In this document: piece after piece, positions 41,612 through 51,516 of the stretch
How the letters are laid out: every line of letters starts with the position of its first letter
Position numbering within the stretch: the stretch's first letter is position 1
Translations under genes and position numbers: made by a program
Notes under the pieces: model-generated
Told to the model about the DNA's origin: nothing
Seen by the model: only the letters and a program-made list of their open reading frames with translations
The model's database searches: none
Source: Parasphingorhabdus sp.
GTDB lineage: Bacteria > Pseudomonadota > Gammaproteobacteria > Arenicellales > CAJQKF01
NCBI GenBank assembly: GCA_047615875.1
Contig: JBLHGU010000002.1
Coordinates: forward strand, 649-64,648
Reading direction: 5' to 3'
DNA length: 64,000 nucleotides

Positions 41612-42264
41612 TGTCGTGGCAAATTAAAAACATCGTATTCGACATGGATGGAGTTATCGCCGACACCACTGCCTGTCATACACGCGCTTACGCTGAGCTC
41701 TGGAAACACCTAAACTTCGATGGTCCTCCCTATAGCCAGATAGCAGGTCGCTCTACTAAAGAAGTCTTATTAGAGTGGACCCGGCAACTTGACCCGAGTG
41801 ATCAACAGTTATCTGAATGGGTCAGACAAAAACAGTCCGCCGCACGAAACTATCTCAATGTTGACCCCATAGCCTATGACGACAGTGCTTCGGTCATTGC
41901 CTGGCTGGCTAAGCACTTCCGTATGGCGGTGGCGACCAGTGCATCACGTGACTCCGCCCATCTGATTCTTCAGCGCTGTGGCGTTAGCACCTTTTTTGAT
42001 ATGGTGGTTACCGCCGAAGATGCCAAGCATTGTAAACCGAATCCAGAGCTATACTTAATCGCTATGCAGCGGTGCGGATTCCAACCTTGCGACACATTGA
42101 TAATTGAAGACAGTAATTCCGGCATTGATGCAGGTCTTGCCAGTGGTGCCTGGGTGGTTTCCGTTCGAAGTGGTCTGACACGCAATAATCCGCGCTTCCG
42201 GTTTGCCTACAACAATCTCGATGAACTGAAAGTGCAGCTTAGCACTTCTGAATGGCTGGACTGA
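41611..42264 (+). CDS. HAD-IA phosphatase / beta-phosphoglucomutase-like
   Basis: FDMDGVIADT, VATS, KPNPELY, IEDS..GI. Confidence 0.85.
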   Translation: MSWQIKNIVFDMDGVIADTTACHTRAYAELWKHLNFDGPPYSQIAGRSTKEVLLEWTRQLDPSDQQLSEWVRQKQSAARNYLNVDPIAYDDSASVIAWLAKHFRMAVATSASRDSAHLILQRCGVSTFFDMVVTAEDAKHCKPNPELYLIAMQRCGFQPCDTLIIEDSNSGIDAGLASGAWVVSVRSGLTRNNPRFRFAYNNLDELKVQLSTSEWLD

Positions 42265-42268
42265 AAAT

Positions 42269-43009
42269 ATGCAGTGCATGATCATTCCTGCTGCTGGGCG
42301 AGGCACTCGACTTAATTCTGATTTACCTAAATTGCTGTTTAAAATTCAGGGGGTTTCCCTAATTGAATATGTGCTAAGACGACATAGCGAATTTATCCAG
42401 CATTTTGTGGTGGTTATACACCCGGACATGCAAGAAGCTGTTAGCCGTGAGCTGGATAAATGTGGTTATGACTACAGTCTGGCATATCAGACTCAGGCAA
42501 CTGGAATGCTGGACGCAATTCTTTTGGCGAGTGACAATGTTCGGACACTGGATCCCACCACGATCTGGATTAGTTGGTGTGATCAGGTGGCAATCAGTCA
42601 GAAAACTGCGTCCACCCTTAATCAATTCACTTCTGAGCTTGGCGAGTTCGGCATGGCATTGCCGACAATGACAAAGTCCGAACCTTACATTCACTTGTCG
42701 CGTAATACACAGGGCCAAATAACCGACATTCTGCAACGCAGGGAAGGTGACGCTATGCCTCGAGTAGGAGAAAATGATTGTGGTCTTTTTGCTATGACAA
42801 TCGCAACCTATTTGCAGCAATTGCCTGAATTTACGCGCAGCATGGTCATCGGCACGGCTACCGCCGAGCGAAATTTTTTACCCTTTATACCCTGGTTGAC
42901 AAAACGAGCTGCGGTTAATACTTTTGCGGTCGAAAATATCAATGAATCGATTGGTGTTAACACGATCGAAGAAGCAGAAACATTGGCAAAACACTTTCAA
43001 GACATATGA
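42269..43009 (+). CDS. sugar-phosphate nucleotidyltransferase (GlmU N-domain-like, stand-alone)
   Basis: IPAAGRGTRLNSDLPK, Q..ATG, GVNT..E; no left-handed beta-helix domain. Confidence 0.85.
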   Translation: MQCMIIPAAGRGTRLNSDLPKLLFKIQGVSLIEYVLRRHSEFIQHFVVVIHPDMQEAVSRELDKCGYDYSLAYQTQATGMLDAILLASDNVRTLDPTTIWISWCDQVAISQKTASTLNQFTSELGEFGMALPTMTKSEPYIHLSRNTQGQITDILQRREGDAMPRVGENDCGLFAMTIATYLQQLPEFTRSMVIGTATAERNFLPFIPWLTKRAAVNTFAVENINESIGVNTIEEAETLAKHFQDI

Positions 43010-43737
43010 ATAATAAAACTTTATCTATCGTAATACCGGCTTTCAATGAAGAAAGGTTCATCGGCACGCTACTGGAAACTATTCGTCAAGTCGATCTTGA
43101 TTCCCTCTCAGTCAACGCGGAAATCATCGTGGTAAACGATCGCTCCAGTGATCGAACATCAGAGATTGTTAAACAGTTTGATGAAGTAAGATTGATTGAA
43201 CATGCGGTTAATCAGGGCAAAGGCCGAGCCGTTCGAACAGGACTTGAAGAAGTCACCGGTGACTTCATTATTATTCAGGATGCGGACCTGGAGTATGACC
43301 CCCACGACTACTTAGCCATGTTGACGCCTATTCTTAACGACAGTGCGGACGTGGTATATGGCAGCCGGTATTTGAAATTTCCAAACGCTGGCCTATTGAA
43401 AAATCTGCTTACTGGCAAACATCCAACGCAATCCATGGCAGCCTACATAGGTGGTCAGAGCCTTAGTTTTGTCAGCTGGGTTTTTGCTGGACGCTATATC
43501 ACCGACACGGTAACTGCCTACAAATTATTCCGAGCGCCAATTCTGACCGGCATGAATTTAAAAACTACCGGCTTTGAAACAGATCATGAAATTACCTGTA
43601 AGTTACTACGTGCAGGCCACCGATTAAAAGAAGTTCCGATAAAGTATTTTCCCAGAAGTCGAGAAGAAGGTAAGAAAATCGGTATAAAGGACTGGTTTAA
43701 GGCGATTCAAACGTTTTTTCGTTTCCGTAATGGCTAG
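43006..43737 (+). CDS. GT2 polyprenol-phosphate glycosyltransferase (DPM1-like)
   Basis: IPAFNEE, NDRSSDRT, NQGKG, QDADLEYDP, VVYGSR, EGKKI. Confidence 0.9.
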   Translation: MNNKTLSIVIPAFNEERFIGTLLETIRQVDLDSLSVNAEIIVVNDRSSDRTSEIVKQFDEVRLIEHAVNQGKGRAVRTGLEEVTGDFIIIQDADLEYDPHDYLAMLTPILNDSADVVYGSRYLKFPNAGLLKNLLTGKHPTQSMAAYIGGQSLSFVSWVFAGRYITDTVTAYKLFRAPILTGMNLKTTGFETDHEITCKLLRAGHRLKEVPIKYFPRSREEGKKIGIKDWFKAIQTFFRFRNG

Positions 43738-43769
43738 TCCACAGAATTGAAAAAAGCTAAGGCAAATCA

Positions 43770-45179
43770 TTGATGCAAGATCTGGACCGTAAATTTGCGA
43801 CATCGCCCCTGACAAACTGGGCATTAGTTATTATTGCCTTAGCAATAGCCCTATATTGGTCGGTAAATCCATCCGACATTCCTCTCCAGTCACCGGACTC
43901 AACCAGTTATATTCGCTTCGATGACTATCGTGGCGCTGGATATCCAGCCTTACTGGCATTATTGCATTGGCTAACTGGCAGTCTCGATTACATTGTCGAA
44001 TTGCAGCTTCTGCTTGTTGTATTGAGCACCGCATTTCTGGCAATACGCTTCACGGCGTTTTGCGGTTCAGCAATTGCCGGGTTGATTCTTTTGCTCACGA
44101 TTACGATGAATCCGTTTTTCATGCGCTATTGTTTTAGCATATTGTCTGAAGCATTGTTCTTCTCATCCCTGATGCTTTTTTTGGCTATTGCCGTGGAGAG
44201 AAATCGCCCAGCTAGCCGAACATTTATTCTTCTGGGGATGTGCCTGGCATGGCTTGTTCTAATAAAGCCGGTGGCCTGGGCTTTTATTTCAATTCCGGTA
44301 TTGCTAGCAGTACATTCCTTTCTTCGCTATCGGCAGTTTGTCCGGCCAATACTGACTTTCAGCATGGGAGTTATTCTGATTATTGCGCTCGGAGCTATGT
44401 ATCGTCATTCAGTTCACGGTGTTTATTCACCGGGCTCATTTCTTGGCAACCAGTTGGCCGGCAAACTTATTTTCGCTGAGTTCGATGCAAAGGATATACG
44501 CTATCCCGAAGCTGGTCAGAAATGGCTGAATTATATGGAAATTCCAAAACAGGTACGTACTGAAGCGTTTCAAGACCTGGATGAAAAGTTTTTATTTTCC
44601 ATAAATATCTATGACTATATTCGATTCGTAAAATCGCCACACATTGTGGCCGCAGCGGGTCCGGGTGATCAAAGCGTTATACAGGGTGAGCTAGCCAGGA
44701 GCATCCTGTTCCAGGACCCGGGTGCCTTTGTCGAAGATGTTGGACTACAGCTGTATGGATTATGGACTATGGCTACACTGCAGCCTGCTGGGCTAGTCGA
44801 ACGATATATGGAAAAGGTTTCGATCTATCAACCCAGGATGCCCGTAGGCGTTACCTTGTACGCGATTAATGGTCGAGTCGGCTGGATGGTAATAGCATTA
44901 AAAGGCGGCTTCTATTTACTTTGTGGTTTAAGCCTGGCTTGCATACTAGCGGGTCTTTATCATTGGTTAGTCCGACGAAAAGCGATGAATCAAACGGCTA
45001 GTATGCTTTTTTATCTGTCAGCGGCAATCCACAGCTACTATCTGCTTGTGGCCACATTTCAGGCTGCATTGCCACGCTACCTTTTCGCTGGTTGGCCCAT
45101 ATTAGTTATGCTGGCCCTGATTCTAACTTTATGGGTTACACGATTCGGCTGTTTGCGATCGATGGACAAAATCAACTAA
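43770..45179 (+). CDS. polytopic GT-C-fold glycosyltransferase (putative)
   Basis: First loop PDSTSY..RGAGYP, ILSEALF, LIKP, C-terminal PRY; many TM helices. Confidence 0.7.
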   Translation: MMQDLDRKFATSPLTNWALVIIALAIALYWSVNPSDIPLQSPDSTSYIRFDDYRGAGYPALLALLHWLTGSLDYIVELQLLLVVLSTAFLAIRFTAFCGSAIAGLILLLTITMNPFFMRYCFSILSEALFFSSLMLFLAIAVERNRPASRTFILLGMCLAWLVLIKPVAWAFISIPVLLAVHSFLRYRQFVRPILTFSMGVILIIALGAMYRHSVHGVYSPGSFLGNQLAGKLIFAEFDAKDIRYPEAGQKWLNYMEIPKQVRTEAFQDLDEKFLFSINIYDYIRFVKSPHIVAAAGPGDQSVIQGELARSILFQDPGAFVEDVGLQLYGLWTMATLQPAGLVERYMEKVSIYQPRMPVGVTLYAINGRVGWMVIALKGGFYLLCGLSLACILAGLYHWLVRRKAMNQTASMLFYLSAAIHSYYLLVATFQAALPRYLFAGWPILVMLALILTLWVTRFGCLRSMDKIN

Positions 45180-45184
45180 TCCTG

Positions 45185-45380
45185 TCACTGTTCCTCTTCA
45201 ATTACCTGCTTCAATTTTGAAAGCCCGGCCTCATAGTCAGGCACCAGCATCGATTCAATAATCAATCCAAAATACCGGCCAATTAGATCGTAGCTAGCTG
45301 CTGGGCAAAAATAGTCCGACCAAGACAAAAATAGCTATTAGACCGAACAATCCAAATAGTCAGTGACGAAGAATTCTCAA
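45185..45380 (-). pseudogene. internally deleted SRPBCC (polyketide cyclase-like) gene remnant
   Basis: Manual translation: (M)RILRH*LFGLFGLIAIFVLVGLFLPSS, frameshift, YDLIGRYFGLIIESMLVPDYEAGLSKLKQVIEEEQ*. Confidence 0.7.
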
Positions 45381-45390
45381 AAAAACCTGT

Positions 45391-45723
45391 CTAGTCAGAT
45401 TTTGGTGGATTCATAGGCATAGGAAAGGGTGAAACATTTCCCGAACCACCTTCAACCGCAATAATCTTATTTTGGCCTTCCTTCTCCACTTCATCAATTC
45501 GCACTACAGAATGCATGGGAATATAGGTACGCTTAACACCGTTAAATTCGGCTTTGAGTCGCTCATCTGACGGATCGACCACAAGTTTGGTGCGTTCACC
45601 GAATATAATGTCACCAATTTCGATAAAGGCATACATGCCACTTTGACTTACTTCACGAGCATAAAGCTCATAGACATTGCCATTATTGTGGAAAACCACT
45701 TTGAAAATACTATTTTTACCCAT
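45391..45723 (-). CDS. DUF1820-family protein
   Basis: IFKVVFHN..VYELYA, VDPSDERLKAEF, IPMHSVVRIDEV. Confidence 0.85.
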   Translation of the reverse strand: MGKNSIFKVVFHNNGNVYELYAREVSQSGMYAFIEIGDIIFGERTKLVVDPSDERLKAEFNGVKRTYIPMHSVVRIDEVEKEGQNKIIAVEGGSGNVSPFPMPMNPPKSD

Positions 45724-47218
45724 GTTTAAACTTGCTAGTTGGCGATTAAGACAGTATGTCGGGGATTGGCCACAAATTCAATCAAAGTCACCGTTAAAAT
45801 TCTCTGTGGCCGCATTGATCTGGAGTCTAGCTTTATTCAATTCAAGCGGCTTGCAAGCAGACTTTCTACCGAATGCCGTCTCCCAAAATCTGGCGAAATA
45901 TCAAATACCAGAAAGCGCGTTTAGCCTGTTAGTTCTGGATGCCGATACCAGCAAAATTGTCGTTGAGCATCTAGCCGATGAACCAAGAAACCCTGCATCT
46001 GTTATGAAGATTTTAACTAGTTATGCGGCACTTGACCTACTCGGGCCGGACTTTAACTGGAAGACTCAACTGTTTACTGACAGTGCTATTAAGGATGGCA
46101 CCTTATCCGGTAATTTGTTTATAAAGGGCGGCGGTGACCCACTAATTTTGGTGGAAGACTTATGGAGGATTGTGTACGAGTTGCGCAATCGCGGACTGCA
46201 CACAATAAATGGCGACCTGACAGTAGATCAGAGCTATTTTGACGGCACACAAATCGTCAGGGAACCATTGGATGGCAAACACTACCGTGCTTATAACGCG
46301 TATCCCGAAGCGTTAGTTATTAATTTTCGCGCCACTCGATTCATCTTTATAGCCAACGCCGATGGAGTTCATATACTGGCTGATCCTCCAGCCAGCACAT
46401 TATTGATCAAAAATAATGTGCAACTAACCAAAGGCAAATGCAACCGCCACCACCGTAACTTACGTTTTTCCACTCAAACCGAAGGCTTGGCGGAAACGAT
46501 TATCACCTTCAGCGGGAACTATGCCATTGGCTGCAAAGAACAGTCCCGAACCCTGGTGGTACTTAATTCTTCTGACTATTTACTTGGTGTATTTAAGAGT
46601 CTTTGGCAAGCCCAAGGTGGCAAATTTGATGGCGAGATATCACAGAGTGACATACCACCGAATGCAATACTACTGCAGGAACATTCTTCACGTCCTCTGC
46701 TGGATGTTCTGCGCGGCATAAACAAATACAGTAATAACTTAATGGCACGGTCTCTATTAATGACTCTGGGTGCAGAAGTCTATGATCCCCCAGGCACTAC
46801 TGAGAGCGGTCGAATCGCGATAAAGAGTTGGTTGAATACGCGTAAAATCAGCATGCCCGAGTTACATATCACCAATGGTGCCGGGCTTTCCCGTGCGGCA
46901 AGACTCAGCGCCCGCGGCCTGGGAAACTTGATGATTGATCTTTACAGACATCCATGGCGTGAGGAATTACTCGCATCGATGTCTCTGCTTGGAATTGACG
47001 GATCGGCAAAGAAACGACTGCGTAAGAAGAGTGCTCGGGGATATTTTCGACTAAAAACTGGATTGCTACGAAGTGTTAGATCAGCTGCAGGCTTTGGTCT
47101 AACAAAAAGTGGCAAGCGAGTTGTCGTCGTTATGCTGCAAAATCACCCCAATACAAATTATAGCAATGGAAATGCCATTCAAAACAGTCTGCTCGAGTGG
47201 GTGTTTGATAACTATTAG
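45722..47218 (+). CDS. dacB: D-alanyl-D-alanine carboxypeptidase/endopeptidase PBP4 (start uncertain)
   Basis: PASVMK (SxxK), GGGDP, SNN, KTG motifs. Confidence 0.92.
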   Translation: MFKLASWRLRQYVGDWPQIQSKSPLKFSVAALIWSLALFNSSGLQADFLPNAVSQNLAKYQIPESAFSLLVLDADTSKIVVEHLADEPRNPASVMKILTSYAALDLLGPDFNWKTQLFTDSAIKDGTLSGNLFIKGGGDPLILVEDLWRIVYELRNRGLHTINGDLTVDQSYFDGTQIVREPLDGKHYRAYNAYPEALVINFRATRFIFIANADGVHILADPPASTLLIKNNVQLTKGKCNRHHRNLRFSTQTEGLAETIITFSGNYAIGCKEQSRTLVVLNSSDYLLGVFKSLWQAQGGKFDGEISQSDIPPNAILLQEHSSRPLLDVLRGINKYSNNLMARSLLMTLGAEVYDPPGTTESGRIAIKSWLNTRKISMPELHITNGAGLSRAARLSARGLGNLMIDLYRHPWREELLASMSLLGIDGSAKKRLRKKSARGYFRLKTGLLRSVRSAAGFGLTKSGKRVVVVMLQNHPNTNYSNGNAIQNSLLEWVFDNY

Positions 47219-47237
47219 GCAGCTTTCAGTACGTTAT

Positions 47238-48089
47238 TCAAAGAGCAGCTGAAACGAGAAATCGATTAATAGGTGTTGCTACCAACTCTGGGGTATCCAG
47301 ATGGAAGTGGTGATTACCAGGCAACTGAACACACTGAATATTGTCAATGCATGCCACTCTGGACGTGGTAGTTTTGCGTTCTGTCAAAACACCATCACCC
47401 GCCTGAATTAAAATACCAGGGCATCGAATTGATCGAAGTAATACCTCCACCTGCTCTTCCATCAGGTAAGCTGGCGACGCCAGTGTTACCCTGCGATCTG
47501 TGCGCCATGTCACACCATTTTTCACCTCTTGCAAATTTCGTTGCACGATCAATTCTGCAGACGATGGATTCATTGTGGTTACATCAAGGCGCATTTTAAG
47601 CGCCGCCCCTAAATCTTTATAGACCGGCAATCGTTTTGTTTTTAGTTGACTGTGACGCTGTATAGAACGGGTCAATCGATCAGGCAATTTGTCAGCAGAT
47701 TCAGCGACGGGACCGACACCATCAATAAGAATAAGAGATTCAATAGACGTATGTTGTGTTGCAGCCAATAGACTACAAATGCCTGCACCCAATGAATGTC
47801 CCATGGCCACATAGGATTGCCAGCCAAGCTTATGAACAAGCTCAACCAGCGTTGGCAAATAGTCCAGCAGATGATAAGCAGAGCCGGGTGCACGATGATC
47901 CGACAGTCCATGCCCTGGAAGATCGACGGCTACAACATGGCTATCATTTAACAAAGGCGCGAGATGCGTAAAGCTCGCAGCGTTATCCAACCATCCATGC
48001 ACCGCCAACACCTTTCTAGGGTTTCCTTGACCAAACTCAATGCCTCGTAAATTCCCATAGGACAAGGAAATTTCAAACTCGTTTTGCAT
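47238..48089 (-). CDS. alpha/beta hydrolase
   Basis: HGWLDNAASF, DLPGHG, GHSLG, GNHHFH. Confidence 0.9.
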   Translation of the reverse strand: MQNEFEISLSYGNLRGIEFGQGNPRKVLAVHGWLDNAASFTHLAPLLNDSHVVAVDLPGHGLSDHRAPGSAYHLLDYLPTLVELVHKLGWQSYVAMGHSLGAGICSLLAATQHTSIESLILIDGVGPVAESADKLPDRLTRSIQRHSQLKTKRLPVYKDLGAALKMRLDVTTMNPSSAELIVQRNLQEVKNGVTWRTDRRVTLASPAYLMEEQVEVLLRSIRCPGILIQAGDGVLTERKTTTSRVACIDNIQCVQLPGNHHFHLDTPELVATPINRFLVSAAL

Positions 48090-48143
48090 GCTATTCTCTG
48101 GAATAATTTCTTAATTAGGCTGGACGCCGGACGTTGATATCTA

Positions 48144-49643
48144 ATGCTAAGACTATTTCGCGATGTTGTCAGAATTTTAAGTGTTACAGAAAACCTTCTG
48201 TACCTGGCTGGCAAAAGTCTACAACGCCGTGCTATGCGCAATGGACTACTGATTTCTCTGGCATACAGTTCGACAATTCTACGTACAAACTATATTAATG
48301 CGCAGGAGCTATCGCCGGAACAATTGACCGCTCTCATAATTGGTGGATTTGCCTCTTACCCCGCCGGCACCTTATTAGTCAGAATCGCTAACTTCCTGAC
48401 TCGGGATAATTTACAGGCTGCGGCGGCCGGTTATCTGCACCTGACCAGCCATTATAAACAATCCCAGGTACTTACCCACTTGCATTTTCTTTGGCATGAA
48501 GTGTTTGCCAGCGAACACATTTCGGTTAGTTCGGCTCATGAAACACAACACCCCACTGAACTCGAAATCACATCCTTTCGAAATCAGCAAGATGAAGTAC
48601 TTCTACACCTGTTTCAGGAACAACCCACAACCAACAGGAAAGAACAACTTATCTATCAAAATTTTGTTCAGTCTGCGGCCGATGCTTTACGCTCACCTCT
48701 GCCAATGGGGGTTCAAAGCGCCCGCATTGGCTTTCATCTGGGTCCGATTGAAGACTGGTATGAAAAAGGTTTCTTTTCCTATGAAGATTTTCCTGCTAAA
48801 GCCATTTTTCGTGACCCATTAATAAAACGCTGCCAAAAACTTACAACGTCTCCAATCAAATATCAATTGCATCAATGGCTATCGCCTGAAGCAACACCTT
48901 CTTTCTGGCATGCTTTTACTGTACGCAAATTTGGCACCCGCGTTGGTCGCTCACTGGGTCAACTTAATCAACTTGCTGAGCGGCAGGGTTTTCCCGACTT
49001 TTTCGATGCCCAACACTTTATCTGGCCATCCACTCAACTGGATGACACTGTCCGACAACGCTTTAACCAACAACCGAATTCCCTGGCAGACAAACTTTTT
49101 TCACGCCGACAAGAATTGTTCCGAAATCTTTTTAGTGAAGATCAAGTTGCTGCCAGGCGGCACATCATGCGCATGTTTGTGCGCGACTATGCATTTATTA
49201 TGAAACTCAGACTGAGCTTTGATGTGTTATATGCCGGGGATAAACTGGCTGCAAAACCTGCTGAAGAACTGCGGCAAATCGAAAGGCTGTTTTCCATTCA
49301 ACCCATTAGCCAGAAATTTCTTGATCGCTGTAAAAATTCAGCATTGAGCCATATTGAAAATCTGGACGATTTTCTTGCTCAGCATCCTGTGGATAACGCA
49401 GATGAAGTAGAAATTGAGAATCTTCACCAGGCTTACCACGTGGATTACCACGGATTACGAAGTCGGTTCATCAAGGCCGATAATGAGAATTTAATGGAGG
49501 AGTTACTAAAATGCACATCAGATGAAAAAGCAGATCTGGCGGTACTCAGGGAACTTTTACATCGGGTTCGCATCTACCATGTTCTGATCAAGTTGCAAAT
49601 TCATGCTTACTGGTCAATCGTTTTGAATATCGGGCGATTGTAA
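48144..49643 (+). CDS. hypothetical protein
   Basis: 499-aa ORF filling the gap between two genes; no motif recognised. Confidence 0.7.
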   Translation: MLRLFRDVVRILSVTENLLYLAGKSLQRRAMRNGLLISLAYSSTILRTNYINAQELSPEQLTALIIGGFASYPAGTLLVRIANFLTRDNLQAAAAGYLHLTSHYKQSQVLTHLHFLWHEVFASEHISVSSAHETQHPTELEITSFRNQQDEVLLHLFQEQPTTNRKEQLIYQNFVQSAADALRSPLPMGVQSARIGFHLGPIEDWYEKGFFSYEDFPAKAIFRDPLIKRCQKLTTSPIKYQLHQWLSPEATPSFWHAFTVRKFGTRVGRSLGQLNQLAERQGFPDFFDAQHFIWPSTQLDDTVRQRFNQQPNSLADKLFSRRQELFRNLFSEDQVAARRHIMRMFVRDYAFIMKLRLSFDVLYAGDKLAAKPAEELRQIERLFSIQPISQKFLDRCKNSALSHIENLDDFLAQHPVDNADEVEIENLHQAYHVDYHGLRSRFIKADNENLMEELLKCTSDEKADLAVLRELLHRVRIYHVLIKLQIHAYWSIVLNIGRL

Positions 49644-49943
49644 TTCTAAAAATTTCGATGCACCAGAACTCAGTCTGTGACATACGAATGGGTCGCTGAA
49701 AGTTACTTATACAGATATTTTACAGTGTTGCCACATCAGGAGTTAAGTAGATATATCTCATTGAAATAAATGACTTAATTATCTTCAGCTTAAGAAATAT
49801 TATTCGTTCTTTCGTTTTTGTCAAGTCACTAAATTCGCACTTGCGCACTGGCGTTTGACAAAATCATGTATTAATATGGTCTAGCTTAATCCAAATATTC
49901 ATTAAAGAATCTAATAGTAACTATTGCACTAACAAGGCTTGAT

Positions 49944-51344
49944 ATGTCACAAAATCGATCCAACGATACCACTAACAAAGACTCAGACACTCCGAAAACT
50001 GGCTACACGCTCGTAGATAACGAGAGCAATGTCTCTTACGACCTGCCATCACTGAATGGTACTGTCGGCCCAAAAGTTGTGGACATTCGAAAGCTTTATG
50101 GCCAGGCGGGTATTTTTACCTATGACCCGGGCTTTACATCCACAGCATCTTGCTCATCAGCAATTACCTACATTGACGGCGAAGAAGGCATCTTATTGCA
50201 TCGCGGTTATGCAATTGCTGATTTAGCGGAAAATACGGATTTTATGGATGTCTGTTATTTGTTGCTCTACGGCGAGCTTCCGTCACCTGAAGAAAAAATT
50301 GAGTTTGAGCAATCTATTACCAACCACACCATGTTGCATGAACAATTGGTGACTTTTTATCGGGGCTTCACACGCGATGCGCACCCGATGGCAATAATGG
50401 TTGGTGTTGTTGGGGCACTATCTGCCTTTTACCACGATAGTACTGACATTCATGACCCGATGCAGCGCATGTTGGCATCCCATAGAATGATCGCAAAAAT
50501 GCCGACCATTGGTGCGTGTGCTTATAAGTATTCGCTGGGACAGCCATTTGTTTATCCACGCAACGAGCTTTCTTATTCTGAAAATCTGCTTCGCATGATG
50601 TTTTCAGTACCTACTCAAGATTATGAAGTCAACAAGGTTCTAGCTCGCGCTATAGACAAATTGTTGATTCTGCATGCCGACCACGAGCAGAATGCATCGA
50701 CATCAACGGTACGGCTGGCGGGTTCTTCCGGCGCTAATCCATTTGCGTGTATTTCAGCCGGTATAGCATCACTATGGGGCCCTGCCCACGGTGGAGCCAA
50801 TGAAGCTGTTTTAAAAATGCTAAATGAAATTGGCACGATTGATCGCATACCTGAGTTCATTAAACGCGCCCAGGACCCCAAAGATCCGTTCCGTTTGATG
50901 GGCTTTGGACATCGCGTATATAAAAACTACGATCCTCGGGCAACCGTTCTGAGGAAGTCCTGTCATGAAGTTCTGGAAGTTTTGGGAATCAAGGACCCGA
51001 GACTCATACTGGCAATGGAACTGGAACGAATAGCTCTTGAAGACGAGTACTTTATAGAGAAGAAACTATATCCGAACGTGGATTTCTACTCGGGTATTAT
51101 TCTTTCTGCACTGGGCTTCCCAACAAACATGTTTACAGTGCTTTTTGCCATAGGCCGAACTGTTGGTTGGATTTCTCATTGGAAAGAGATGTTGGGGGAT
51201 GCCGAAAATCGCATCGGTCGACCAAGACAACTTTATACTGGGCAGCCACTGCGAGACTTTACTGCAGTAGAAGGGCGACAACATAGTGAAAAAAATATTA
51301 GTTGGTCATGGTTGTGGCGCAGTAGTCGAAATGGCGAGGAATAA
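49944..51344 (+). CDS. gltA: citrate synthase (type II)
   Basis: [41 protein letters not shown]. Confidence 0.97.
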   Translation: MSQNRSNDTTNKDSDTPKTGYTLVDNESNVSYDLPSLNGTVGPKVVDIRKLYGQAGIFTYDPGFTSTASCSSAITYIDGEEGILLHRGYAIADLAENTDFMDVCYLLLYGELPSPEEKIEFEQSITNHTMLHEQLVTFYRGFTRDAHPMAIMVGVVGALSAFYHDSTDIHDPMQRMLASHRMIAKMPTIGACAYKYSLGQPFVYPRNELSYSENLLRMMFSVPTQDYEVNKVLARAIDKLLILHADHEQNASTSTVRLAGSSGANPFACISAGIASLWGPAHGGANEAVLKMLNEIGTIDRIPEFIKRAQDPKDPFRLMGFGHRVYKNYDPRATVLRKSCHEVLEVLGIKDPRLILAMELERIALEDEYFIEKKLYPNVDFYSGIILSALGFPTNMFTVLFAIGRTVGWISHWKEMLGDAENRIGRPRQLYTGQPLRDFTAVEGRQHSEKNISWSWLWRSSRNGEE

Positions 51345-51387
51345 TTGCCAAATTTATCCACGTTAGTGTCCATTCGTATTTGAATTA

Positions 51388-51422
51388 GCCCGAATCCCAG
51401 GTATTAAAACTGGGATTCGGGC
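51388..51422. repeat. perfect 13-bp inverted repeat between convergent genes (terminator or REP-like)
   Basis: GCCCGAATCCCAG-N9-CTGGGATTCGGGC; no clear U-tract. Confidence 0.65.
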
Positions 51423-51516
51423 GCACTTATTAGCAGAATTTAACACACCAAGTAAACCCGTCTAAATCCTCACAGGTTGGCAACCATTGCACAGACCTGA
51501 TAAATCGCTAGTTACA

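Noticed and set aside
49850-49885. TTGACA promoter / FNR box upstream of gltA
   Set aside because: No -10 element at 16-18 bp spacing, and the FNR-like half sites are 3 bp apart rather than 4.
51388-51422. Hairpin as a REP mobilised by the RAYT
   Set aside because: It is a single copy in the window, has no GTAG head and no similarity to the GGGTCGGACC motif; a terminator between convergent genes is the simpler reading.
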